The position numbers and the translations under genes were made by a program. From Sphingomicrobium sp. (GTDB lineage Bacteria; Pseudomonadota; Alphaproteobacteria; Sphingomonadales; Sphingomonadaceae): a DNA stretch of 64,000 bases. This document shows, in pieces, positions 37,246-46,043 of this stretch. Positions within the stretch are counted from its first letter, which is position 1; every line of letters starts with the position of its first letter. Below the pieces are notes generated by a model. It had not been told where the DNA came from. It did not search any database and saw only the letters and a list, made by a program, of their open reading frames with translations. The stretch is from positions 25,880 through 89,879 of the forward strand of contig JBQCIU010000040.1 of NCBI GenBank assembly GCA_051953395.1, read 5' to 3'.

Positions 37246-38056
37246 GCGTCGTACCCGGGCGGCAGAGAGGAAACGTTCCCAGAACGTCAAAGCCGCGCGC
37301 AATATCGGAATTGCGGTCGCATTCCTCGCGATCGTCGCGGTCTTTTACGTGAAGGCGATGCTCGCTCACAGATCACTGGACGACGATACGCTCTGTCCCG
37401 CTGATCCCGCCAGCATCACGGTTCTGCTGGTCGATGTTACCGATCCGATGAATGTGCCGCAGCGGCAGGATTTCCTCAATCAGCTTGACCGACTTCGCTC
37501 CTCAATCCCGCGCTACGGCAAACTCGTGGTGTACAAGGTCGATCCTGTTTCGGATCGACTGCTGACACCGGTTATCACGCGGTGCAATCCGGGGACGGCC
37601 CGGGACGTCAGCGATGTCACGGGCAATCCGCAACAGGTTCAGAGGGACTGGAGCGAGAAGTTCAAGGCACCGCTTGATAAAGCCTTTGAGTCGGTGCTCT
37701 CGGCCTCGGGCGCTGATCGGTCGCCGATCCTTGAATCAGTGCAATCGGCTGCGTTGACCGATCTGCAGGCGCCGTCCGCGGACGCCAAGCCGAGGCGACT
37801 GATTATCGCCTCAGACCTTCTCCAGAACACGGATGCGATAAGCTTCTATCGTGGCCTGCCCGAACCGGCCGACCTTACGAGCAGCCAGGCCTTCTCGAGG
37901 GTGAGGACCGATCTTCGCGGCGTCGACGTCGAGCTGTGGATGCTGCAGCGCGATGACTCGCGACTGACGCAACCGCGCGCGCTCATCGATCTGTGGGATC
38001 AGATTATCACCAAGGAGGGCGGCACCCTCCAGCGCGAGTACACAGTGAGCGGATGA
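37238..38056 (+). CDS. Membrane-anchored vWA-like protein
   Basis: Single N-terminal TM, VLLVDVTD (MIDAS-like), SPILE, RRLIIASDLLQN. Confidence 0.68.
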   Translation: MARRRTRAAERKRSQNVKAARNIGIAVAFLAIVAVFYVKAMLAHRSLDDDTLCPADPASITVLLVDVTDPMNVPQRQDFLNQLDRLRSSIPRYGKLVVYKVDPVSDRLLTPVITRCNPGTARDVSDVTGNPQQVQRDWSEKFKAPLDKAFESVLSASGADRSPILESVQSAALTDLQAPSADAKPRRLIIASDLLQNTDAISFYRGLPEPADLTSSQAFSRVRTDLRGVDVELWMLQRDDSRLTQPRALIDLWDQIITKEGGTLQREYTVSG

Positions 38057-38059
38057 GTG

Positions 38060-39307
38060 ATGGACGAGCATAAAATTTCCTTCGTGAATCGGCTGCAGGA
38101 ACGGGGTCTTGTCGATCGGTGGGGATTCGCGCTGTTCGCCGGCGCGGGTGCAGCTGGAATTGTAGCCGCAAAATGGCTCGAAGCCCCCGCGCTCTGGGTC
38201 GCCGTCGGCGCCGTGATCGTCATGCTGGCTTACGCAGCATTGATCTCACGCTACGGGTCCGGCCGGCTGCGCTCCGATCAGGCGGGGGATAATTGCTATT
38301 ACCTCGGCCTCATCTACACGCTCGCCAGCCTGGCGTACGCCATCGTCACCTTCGACCCGGCGAACACCGCCACAACCATCGTCCAGGGCTTCGGGATCGC
38401 ATTGGCGACCACGATTGTGGGCCTCGTTCTTCGTGTGGTTTTCAATCAGGGGCGCCCGGATCTTGAAGAGGTCGAAAGCGGCGCCCGGCGTGACCTGCTT
38501 GAGGCCGTTGCACTGCTGAAAACCGAGCTTGGCCAAGCCGTCGTGTCAATGAACGATTTCGGTCGGCAGGTGCGCCAGTCGATCTCCGAAACTCGTGAGG
38601 CCGCGACCTCGGATATCACGAACTTCGCTGAAACCGCCGTCACTGGATTGCGGGAAGTCATGGACGCAGCGAAATCGGCTCTGGAGACCGAGGCGGCTGA
38701 TTTTGCCTCGCGAATCAAGCGACACGGCGCCGCGGTCGACAGGCTGGTTTCCACCCTTGAGGCGCATGGCGCAAATCTCGATCGGCTGGCAACCGCCCAT
38801 GAGCAGGTTGCCGGCACGCTCGAAAATATTGCCGCCGCAGGAGCCGAAGCGAGGGACGCCACGCGGGGATTGGCTGAGCAGGCTGAGGCCGCGTCCTCGG
38901 TACTCGCAACGGTTCGCGAAAGCAGCGATTCTGTCCGACAGTCATCAGATGCCCTCGGCCGCGCAGCATCGGACGTGCGGGAATCAGTGTCGAATTTCGG
39001 CCAGGAAATCAGCGAGCAGCTCCGATCTCTTCGGGTAGCTCCGGGCGCGGCGGTCGCCGAAGCGACGGACGCGCTGGCAAAATCGTCGGCTGCAGTGCGG
39101 GGAGAACTTGAGGCTCTGACGGCGGCACAGCGCAACGCCGCCAGTTCGATAAGCGAGCAGGCAGCAGCCGCGACCGAATCAGTCCGCCGCCACAACGCTG
39201 CAATGGAAGCGGAGCTCAGCCGCTCCCGCGACCTGGTCGAGAAGGTGCACGCAAATCTGGTGGATATGACCAGTGAGCTGGTTCGGCGGGTCGACGGTCA
39301 GCAATAA
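38060..39307 (+). CDS. MotA/TolQ/ExbB-like channel subunit with a long coiled-coil tail (ZorA-like)
   Basis: TM cluster with YYLGLIYTLASL and GFGIALATTIVGL, then about 280 aa of Ala-rich heptad sequence. Confidence 0.75.
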   Translation: MDEHKISFVNRLQERGLVDRWGFALFAGAGAAGIVAAKWLEAPALWVAVGAVIVMLAYAALISRYGSGRLRSDQAGDNCYYLGLIYTLASLAYAIVTFDPANTATTIVQGFGIALATTIVGLVLRVVFNQGRPDLEEVESGARRDLLEAVALLKTELGQAVVSMNDFGRQVRQSISETREAATSDITNFAETAVTGLREVMDAAKSALETEAADFASRIKRHGAAVDRLVSTLEAHGANLDRLATAHEQVAGTLENIAAAGAEARDATRGLAEQAEAASSVLATVRESSDSVRQSSDALGRAASDVRESVSNFGQEISEQLRSLRVAPGAAVAEATDALAKSSAAVRGELEALTAAQRNAASSISEQAAAATESVRRHNAAMEAELSRSRDLVEKVHANLVDMTSELVRRVDGQQ

Positions 39308-40228
39308 ATGGCGCGCTTCGATATCCGACAGGACCGACCGTATCGCCGCGGACTGGTGCTCGGCCTGACCATCGCCGAGATCATGATCCTTCTGATCTTC
39401 CTGTTGCTGATGGCGCTGGCTGCTGCGCTCGCAAATAGAGAAAAGCGCCTCAACGCACTTGAGAACGGGACGGGAAGCCGTCTGGTTGAGGCGATCCAGG
39501 CAGCATATCCGAATGCGGAGAAACCTGACGATTACTACAAGGAACTGGTCCGCGCGATTGAGGCCCGCCAGGCACTGGAGAAGTCCGGCCTGGATTCCGC
39601 CCGCGAGCACCTTGCGGATGATGCCGACCTGGGAAAGCGCGTCCGCGAGGAGGCAGCGAAAGCCGGCGCCGCCGATCCCTGGGATTTTGCAACGAAAGCA
39701 GTCGCAAAAGCGGGCGCAGGAAAGAAGGGGGAATGGCCGCCATTTTTCAGCCTGAGCGAGGCGGGCGGCTATTACTTCGACAGCGGCAAGGCAACGCTTC
39801 GCCCCGAGTTTGAGCGAAACCTTCGCTCGGTGATCATCCCGCTCCTGAAACGCAACATCGATGATTATGGCGTCGATGTTGTCGAGGTGATCGGCCACAC
39901 TGATGAAGTTCCCATGGTCGGCACCTCCAACCTGGACCGCGCGCTTATTCCGGCCTCAGTCAGCCGGATACCGATCGAACAGCTTCACTCGACCGATAAT
40001 GCCGGACTCGCAATCGCGCGCGCAGTTGCTGTGGTCAGAATATTGAGGGCCGACCCGCGGCTTCGCGGTGTGACCATACTTCCGCTTTCCGGCGCGCAGA
40101 TGATCGTGCCCGTTGATCATCCCGCCGATGGAAGTGCGAAGGGCGACGATCAGCGCAGGCGCCGGATTGAAATCCGCTTGCGGCGTTCAACTGAACAGGT
40201 CGCAACTTCGGTGCGGCCGGCGCACTGA
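39308..40228 (+). CDS. MotB/OmpA-like protein (ZorB-like)
   Basis: N-terminal TM LTIAEIMILLIFLLL and a C-terminal OmpA-like domain (FDSGKATL, VEVIGHTD, N..LAIARA..V, RRRIEI). Confidence 0.82.
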   Translation: MARFDIRQDRPYRRGLVLGLTIAEIMILLIFLLLMALAAALANREKRLNALENGTGSRLVEAIQAAYPNAEKPDDYYKELVRAIEARQALEKSGLDSAREHLADDADLGKRVREEAAKAGAADPWDFATKAVAKAGAGKKGEWPPFFSLSEAGGYYFDSGKATLRPEFERNLRSVIIPLLKRNIDDYGVDVVEVIGHTDEVPMVGTSNLDRALIPASVSRIPIEQLHSTDNAGLAIARAVAVVRILRADPRLRGVTILPLSGAQMIVPVDHPADGSAKGDDQRRRRIEIRLRRSTEQVATSVRPAH

Positions 40229-40692
40229 TGGACCGGATAGACGAAAACCTGCAGCGCCTTTGGGCCATCGTGCGGCAGGGCGACATCGGGGAGCTTCAAG
40301 CCGCGGAAGTTCTTCAGCCCTATGACGAACAGAGGAAGGAATCTCCTCCTCAACCGATATCGACGAAATCTTCTGCGCAGGCGAAGCCCGCAGCTGAGGT
40401 TCCGCAGCACCCAGAGGACGAGAGGGAGAACTCTGCCCTGGTTGGAACTCCCACTCCGCCCCTGCGGGGGATGATTACAAGCCGGAATGATGCGCAGCTC
40501 TCCCCGCGGGCGTCCTCGCTGACCAACTTTCGCCCCGAAACCGCGCACATGGATACGTTATTCGAAGAACCCCGTCGTGATGGTCAGGCATGGCCGGCTG
40601 TCGAAAGCGATCCACGACGTTTCATTCGTCGGGATCCGCCTCCCGAGCCGGAAGGCTTCATGAGGCGCCTCCTCAGACGCCTCGGCTTCTGA
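40228..40692 (+). CDS. Hypothetical Pro-rich protein, last gene of the MotA/B-like operon
   Basis: TGATG coupling to the upstream gene; low complexity. Confidence 0.5.
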   Translation: MDRIDENLQRLWAIVRQGDIGELQAAEVLQPYDEQRKESPPQPISTKSSAQAKPAAEVPQHPEDERENSALVGTPTPPLRGMITSRNDAQLSPRASSLTNFRPETAHMDTLFEEPRRDGQAWPAVESDPRRFIRRDPPPEPEGFMRRLLRRLGF

Positions 40693-41127
40693 CTAGCCGG
40701 TCGGTCGATCGGCTGCCGGACAATAGGGATGAATGGGTTGTGGGCCGAGATGGCAATACCAGACATCCGTGGTGCCGATCTCCGACGCGATCAAATTCCA
40801 GCGACCGTTTTGTACCCGCAGGACAGCGGTCGTTTCCCGGCCGCCGATCTCATACCAGTCAGGGAAATTGCGCTTCCCATCGATCGCGCCGCCGCCCTTT
40901 CGCTGGGGATCGGCCAACACGAACGCCCAACCGTCATAGACCTTGAGGTCTTTGATCACGAATTCGACATTCGGGCCAAGCTGGGCCTCAATCGATGGCC
41001 GGAGAGCATCGAGGATCGCAGCGCGCTCCGCCGTTCCGGGACGTGGCGTGTAGGCTTGCCCATTGGCGGGCGCGGCGATGGCCACCAAGACACATGAAGC
41101 GAGGATTACGGTGGCGCGGAAAAACAT
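40693..41127 (-). CDS. Hypothetical secreted protein
   Basis: Signal peptide; ERAAILDALR...LKVYDGWAFV...L....G.W motif. Confidence 0.7.
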   Translation of the reverse strand: MFFRATVILASCVLVAIAAPANGQAYTPRPGTAERAAILDALRPSIEAQLGPNVEFVIKDLKVYDGWAFVLADPQRKGGGAIDGKRNFPDWYEIGGRETTAVLRVQNGRWNLIASEIGTTDVWYCHLGPQPIHPYCPAADRPTG

Positions 41128-41552
41128 CAGCAGCGCACGTTCTCATATTTCGCACTGAAATGATCATCGGCCGACACGGCGTCTGCATTGCTCATGTAGA
41201 GCTTGCCGTCGAGCAGACTGATGCGACGCTTTCCGATGCCGACGTCGGTCTCGCCGCGATCTGCTGTCAGAACGACAACCGTGTTCGCCCACTGGCCAGA
41301 TTTCGGCCCACTCTGCCCAATCATCGGCGTCGTCTTCAGAAGTACGGCGTCCCACTCATATCCGTCGAGCCGGGTTTCGCTGATCGTGAAAGTATAAAGC
41401 GACTGGTCATCACGGCATTCTGCCGCGCTTTGAGACCACGTGCCGCGAAAGGCCGGCGCGAACACCTCTTTGCCGCCGACTTCGGTCACAAACTGGGATT
41501 CCGGAATATCGGCGACAGCGACGGCAAGAGCCAACAAAAGCATCACTCGCAT
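41127..41552 (-). CDS. Hypothetical secreted protein
   Basis: Signal peptide; F.GTWS....EC motif; coupled to both neighbours. Confidence 0.65.
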   Translation of the reverse strand: MRVMLLLALAVAVADIPESQFVTEVGGKEVFAPAFRGTWSQSAAECRDDQSLYTFTISETRLDGYEWDAVLLKTTPMIGQSGPKSGQWANTVVVLTADRGETDVGIGKRRISLLDGKLYMSNADAVSADDHFSAKYENVRC

Positions 41553-41860
41553 CCTACTCCATCGCGATCGCGATCAAGCTTCAGTGAGTATCCCGGATCG
41601 CCTGCTCGAACCGGAGCGGCGCCGGCTGCGCGGGCTTCGGCGCAATTTGCAAACGGACGGTTCGAATGCGACGAAGCTACGCCGCGACTTCCGGAGTGTG
41701 CAATGGATGCCGCTTTCCGGTGACAATGATTATCGCCTGTCTTCCGGTTGTGGTGACACCCGTTTGCATCGAGTCCTCCCGGATGGGCTGAGGTCGGCGA
41801 GGAGGCCGATACGGCAACGAATGGCGACGCAAGCAATACGAACACGCTCAGCAGGCGCAT
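41543..41860 (-). CDS. Excalibur calcium-binding domain protein with a His-rich N-terminal motif
   Basis: AHPGGLDANGCH...HCH and FANCAEARAAGAAPV..GDPGY..KLDRDRDGVGCE (DxDxDG loop). Confidence 0.85.
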   Translation of the reverse strand: MRLLSVFVLLASPFVAVSASSPTSAHPGGLDANGCHHNRKTGDNHCHRKAASIAHSGSRGVASSHSNRPFANCAEARAAGAAPVRAGDPGYSLKLDRDRDGVGCE

Positions 41861-42073
41861 GACCGCTACCCCCGTATGAACCGAGCAGGCGACAGGTGAC
41901 GGAGCATGAAGGGTGGAGTCAAGCTAGGGCGGGGCGCAATTTCAGGATCCGCCGGCCAGCCAGCCGTCTGATTCCGATTTTCCACAGGATTGTCGTTCTG
42001 CTTGCGTTCTCCACTTGAACGGCGGGAGTCTTTGCGCCATCGTGTCCCAAAGAGTCCCAGCGGAGCTTGATAT

Positions 42074-43309
42074 TTGCCCGACACCGCCCCCTTCTCCGCC
42101 ACCTTCGCGCGCTCCGGCCTGTCGATCACCGAAGCCCAACGGCGGCTTGGGGTGTCTGAGCGGCAGATTCATCGCTACCTTTCCGGCGAATGTCCGCCTC
42201 CCAAGTTGGTCGATGAGAAAGTTCGCGAGATCGCCGGTGCCCGCAGCGCAGATCGGCCGGAGCCTGCCTTCCGGTTCATTGACCTCTTTGCCGGAATCGG
42301 TGGGCTTCGCCTGGGGTTTGAAGCGATCGGAGGGCGCTGCGTCTTTACGAGTGAATGGGACCGGTTCGCTCAGAAGACGTACCTGCGCAATTTTGCAGAT
42401 GGCGAGGAACACGTCATGGCGGGTGACATCCGGCCTTACGGCGCGGCCCCATCGACGATTCCCCGGTTCGATGTTTTGCTCGCCGGATTTCCCTGCCAGC
42501 CATTCTCATTGGCCGGCGTATCCAAGAAGAACTCGCTCGGCCGTCTCCACGGTTTTGCCGACGAGAAGCAGGGCAACCTCTTTTTCGAGATCGAACGGAT
42601 TCTGCGACATCACCGGCCGGCGGCGTTTCTCCTTGAGAATGTGAAGCATCTCACGCGCCACGACCGAGGCAACACCTTCGAAGTGATCCGCCGCACGCTT
42701 GCGGATGAGCTCGGCTACGCCATCGACTGGCGCGTCATCAGCTCGGCACCTTGGGTACCGCAGCACCGCGAGCGCATCTTCATCGTTGGTTTCCGCGAGG
42801 AGGTCGGCTTCGGTTTCGATGGCTTCGACGCTGTCATCCCGGAAGTGAAGGACTGGCCGAAGCTTGGTTCGATCCTGCAGGGGCACAACGAAGTCGATTC
42901 CAAGTACACGCTCACACCAAGGCTCTGGGAATATCTGCAGGCCTACCGCGCCAAGCACGAGAAGGCGGGCAACGGCTTCGGATACAGTCTGTTCGGGAAG
43001 GACAGCGTGACCCGCACACTGTCAGCGAGGTACCACAAGGACGGGTCCGAGATCCTGATCGAGCAGAAGGGTACCCGGCCGCGCCGGCTGACGCCGACCG
43101 AATGTGCACGGCTGATGGGATTCGAACACGGTGAACGCACCTGGGACACGAGCGCCGTGTCGGACACGCAGGCGTACCGGCAGTTCGGCAACGCCGTGGT
43201 TGTTCCGGTTGTTGAGGCGATTGCGCGCTATATGGAGCCGTCGCTGAAGAAGATGCTGGAATTTGACCGCACCGACCGCACCCGGAAAAAAACGCGAAAG
43301 GTTGCGTAA
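42074..43309 (+). CDS. dcm: DNA (cytosine-5) methyltransferase with an N-terminal HTH
   Basis: FIDLFAGIGG, AGFPCQPFS, LLENV, Q.RERIFIVG, RRLTP.ECARLMGF, YRQFGNAV. N-terminal AQRRLGVSERQIHRYLSG HTH. Confidence 0.94.
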   Translation: MPDTAPFSATFARSGLSITEAQRRLGVSERQIHRYLSGECPPPKLVDEKVREIAGARSADRPEPAFRFIDLFAGIGGLRLGFEAIGGRCVFTSEWDRFAQKTYLRNFADGEEHVMAGDIRPYGAAPSTIPRFDVLLAGFPCQPFSLAGVSKKNSLGRLHGFADEKQGNLFFEIERILRHHRPAAFLLENVKHLTRHDRGNTFEVIRRTLADELGYAIDWRVISSAPWVPQHRERIFIVGFREEVGFGFDGFDAVIPEVKDWPKLGSILQGHNEVDSKYTLTPRLWEYLQAYRAKHEKAGNGFGYSLFGKDSVTRTLSARYHKDGSEILIEQKGTRPRRLTPTECARLMGFEHGERTWDTSAVSDTQAYRQFGNAVVVPVVEAIARYMEPSLKKMLEFDRTDRTRKKTRKVA

Positions 43310-43754
43310 GCCCTCGCCGGCCCGCAGCCGCAACATGGCGGCAATCGGACCGAAGGACACGAAGCCCGAGCTCATCGTCAGGAAGCTGCTCCACAGGGCG
43401 GGCTTCCGATTCCGACTTCATCGAAAAGATCTGCCCGGCAAACCGGATCTGACTCTGCCGAAGTGGAACGCGCTCATTGAGGTGCAGGGCTGCTTCTTCC
43501 ACTCGCATGATTGTCACTTCGTCAGGAAGCGGCCTGCCGACAATGCTGAGTTCTGGGCGAAGAAGCTGGATGGGAATGTCGCGCGGGATCGAAAAAATGC
43601 CGAGGCCGCTGCAGCACTGGGGTGGCGCAGACTTGTCGTGTGGCAGTGCGCCCTGACCGGGAAAGCGCGACTTGATCAGACGGACCTGCTTTCCCGGATT
43701 TCCGAATGGCTCCGCGGGAACGACAGGACAGGCGAGATCCGCGGGACGGACTGA
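43302..43754 (+). CDS. vsr: Very short patch repair endonuclease
   Basis: RSRNMAAI..KDTKPE..VRK.LH..GFRFRLH...LPGKPD...GCFFH.H.C. Start uncertain (TTG 43302). Confidence 0.9.
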   Translation: MRKPSPARSRNMAAIGPKDTKPELIVRKLLHRAGFRFRLHRKDLPGKPDLTLPKWNALIEVQGCFFHSHDCHFVRKRPADNAEFWAKKLDGNVARDRKNAEAAAALGWRRLVVWQCALTGKARLDQTDLLSRISEWLRGNDRTGEIRGTD

Positions 43755-43798
43755 CACCGGGATTGCGGCGGAGATGATGGGGCGTCATCGTTCGCTGC

Positions 43799-45142
43799 AT
43801 GCCCGTGCGTACCATTCCGGAGCTGCAGCAGCTGTTCGCCCGTCACGGCGTCCGCACGCTCTACATCAAGCATCTCGCGCCGAAGCAGGATAACGAGAAG
43901 AACCAGATCTATCTGGGCAAGGGCCTCGACGGCGTCCTCAACCTGTTTCCCGCGCGGATTGTCGAGCGGTCGGCGAGTGAGAGCACTGCAAAGCCGAAAT
44001 CCAGGACCGGAAAGCCGAAGCTCGAAGGGCTGATCGAACTCGCGTGGCTGCAGGAGGGCGGAGCTCTTGCGCGTGTGCCCGGCGCGCGCATTATCGATTA
44101 CTTCCAGTATCCGGAGGCTCGCCTCTCGGGGTTCCTCGCTGGATGTGAAGCCGCGCCCCGAGCGCTCCGCCGCGACGGGCTCAGCGACTTCGGCCGACGG
44201 ATCCTCGTGCTCGGAACGACGCCTTCCGGTCTGGTCGTGGGGAAGGTCCTCACCGAGCGTGATGATCCGCTGGTGCGGGATTTTCCGGAGCTCCCGGTGC
44301 TCGCAGCAGTACCGGTCTTCAGAGTCCTTTCTGTTGCCGGGGCTGCGGGCGTTTCGCCTCTTCAACTGCTGCTCGGTGAACTGCGGCAGATCGTTTCTGC
44401 AGGGTGGCACGCATCCGTGATCCTCAAGCCCGGCGCGTCGTCGCCGGTACCGTTCAGCGGCAATCAGGGTGCCGGCTACACGCTCGAGGCGTTGCTCGGT
44501 GTTGCCGCGAATGCCGCCAAGGAGCCCGACGCTCACGGCTACGAGATCAAGAGCTACCGTGGCGATCGGATCAGCCTCATGACCCCGACGCCGGATGGCG
44601 GATACCAGGGCGAACACAGCTTTCGGGAGTTCATGGAGCGGTACGGGCGGGAAGCGAAAAAGGCCGACGGCAGCCGCCGGTTTACCGGTCTGCATCGGGT
44701 GGGATCCGTCTCTGCGACAACCGGTCTCGGACTTCGGGTGCGCGGCTACGATCCGCATGCGGACAGCTTTGATGCGGATGGCATCGCCGTTGAAATGTTC
44801 GATCCCGAAACCGGGACGGTGGCTGCCTCCTGGTCGCTTGAGCGGCTGGCAAACAGCTGGAACGCAAAGCACGCGTCGGCGATGTATGTGCCGGCCGAAG
44901 CCCGCGAAACTGCCGACGGCGAAGCTCAATATCGCTATGGTTCAGAGGTCCTGGTCGGCGAGGGAACCGACGTCTTTCGATTGTTGCGGGCGATTCACCG
45001 CGGTCTCGTGTGGTACGACCCGGCGGACAGCATCTATGCTGACGGTACCGCGAAGGTAAGGCCGCAGTGGCGGACGGGCTCGCGTAGGCTCGAGCAGACC
45101 ATGCACACGCTCTACCGCAGCGCTCGTCAGGTGAGGATCTGA
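43799..45142 (+). CDS. MvaI/BcnI family restriction endonuclease
   Basis: GAGYTLEALLGVAAN...PD..GYEIKS catalytic segment; follows dcm-vsr. Confidence 0.8.
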   Translation: MPVRTIPELQQLFARHGVRTLYIKHLAPKQDNEKNQIYLGKGLDGVLNLFPARIVERSASESTAKPKSRTGKPKLEGLIELAWLQEGGALARVPGARIIDYFQYPEARLSGFLAGCEAAPRALRRDGLSDFGRRILVLGTTPSGLVVGKVLTERDDPLVRDFPELPVLAAVPVFRVLSVAGAAGVSPLQLLLGELRQIVSAGWHASVILKPGASSPVPFSGNQGAGYTLEALLGVAANAAKEPDAHGYEIKSYRGDRISLMTPTPDGGYQGEHSFREFMERYGREAKKADGSRRFTGLHRVGSVSATTGLGLRVRGYDPHADSFDADGIAVEMFDPETGTVAASWSLERLANSWNAKHASAMYVPAEARETADGEAQYRYGSEVLVGEGTDVFRLLRAIHRGLVWYDPADSIYADGTAKVRPQWRTGSRRLEQTMHTLYRSARQVRI

Positions 45143-45391
45143 TCCACCCCGACAGCGGAACGGAGTTGTACGCCGTCCCGGATCACATTGCCGTGAGCAG
45201 CCGCAGCTGAAGTGCCATGCAGTTGAGGCGGCACTGTAGCGTCGGCATTCGAGTGGACTTCTCCGCCATTCCGAGCATTGCTGTCTGAGTGAATCGCAGC
45301 CGCTGAGGCGGCTGCCGCTCCGGCGGTTCTCCGGCGGGGCCTTCCGGTGGTGGGAGCGGCAGTGTGCTGCTCCACAATGAGGAGACCACCG

Positions 45392-45628
45392 ATGGGAAAC
45401 CGCAAAGCCAAAGGTTCTGAGACTGCCGAGCGACAGACCAACTCCGGCCGCATTCTCGCACTGCTGCAGCGCGAGGAGGGGGCGACCCTCGCTGAGATGA
45501 TCGATGCAACGGGTTGGCAGCCGCACTCTGGGCGAGCGGCGCTGACGGGACTTCGGAAAAAGGGCCACCGCATCGAGCGCACGAAGCGGGGCGAGACGAG
45601 CTGCTGGCGCATCGTCGAGCGGAGCTGA
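45392..45628 (+). CDS. DUF3489 family wHTH protein
   Basis: ILALLQREEGATLAEM..ATGWQPHS.RAALTG.LRKKG. Confidence 0.85.
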   Translation: MGNRKAKGSETAERQTNSGRILALLQREEGATLAEMIDATGWQPHSGRAALTGLRKKGHRIERTKRGETSCWRIVERS

Positions 45629-45629
45629 G

Positions 45630-46043
45630 ATGGAAGACCTGGCCCGTCAGATTTCCGCTCTCGAAAAACTGCGTAAGGCTGAGCTGAGGGAGCGATGGAC
45701 GAAGGTCACCGCACGAAGAGCTCCGAGTGTCAGCGCGCCGCTGCTGCGTCTGGCGATCGCGTGGGAGCTGCAGGCGCGCATGTACGGTGGCCTCTCCCGT
45801 CAGACGCAGCAGCGGCTTGAGCAGGTCGCACGCGGGAAGACCCGCACGCGCACCTCAGAACCGGGCATGCGGCTGGTACGCGCCTGGAACGGACGCACGC
45901 ACATTGTCACAGTCGGAGAGGACGGCGTCATCCGCTGGAACGACCGGGAGTGGCGAAGCCTCAGCGAGGTTGCCCGCGCAATCACTGGAACGCGCTGGTC
46001 GGGGCCCGCCTTCTTCGGTCTAAAGCAGAAGCGCGTTGCGTGA
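45630..46043 (+). CDS. DUF2924 family protein
   Basis: AWELQAR.YGGL, PG.RLVR.W.G..H.V.V, SLSEVARAITGTRWSGPAFFGL. Confidence 0.88.
   Translation: MEDLARQISALEKLRKAELRERWTKVTARRAPSVSAPLLRLAIAWELQARMYGGLSRQTQQRLEQVARGKTRTRTSEPGMRLVRAWNGRTHIVTVGEDGVIRWNDREWRSLSEVARAITGTRWSGPAFFGLKQKRVA

Noticed and set aside
38060-40228. Flagellar motAB or tolQR/exbBD
   Set aside because: No flagellar, tol or tonB context. The long coiled-coil tail and island location fit a Zorya-like pair better.
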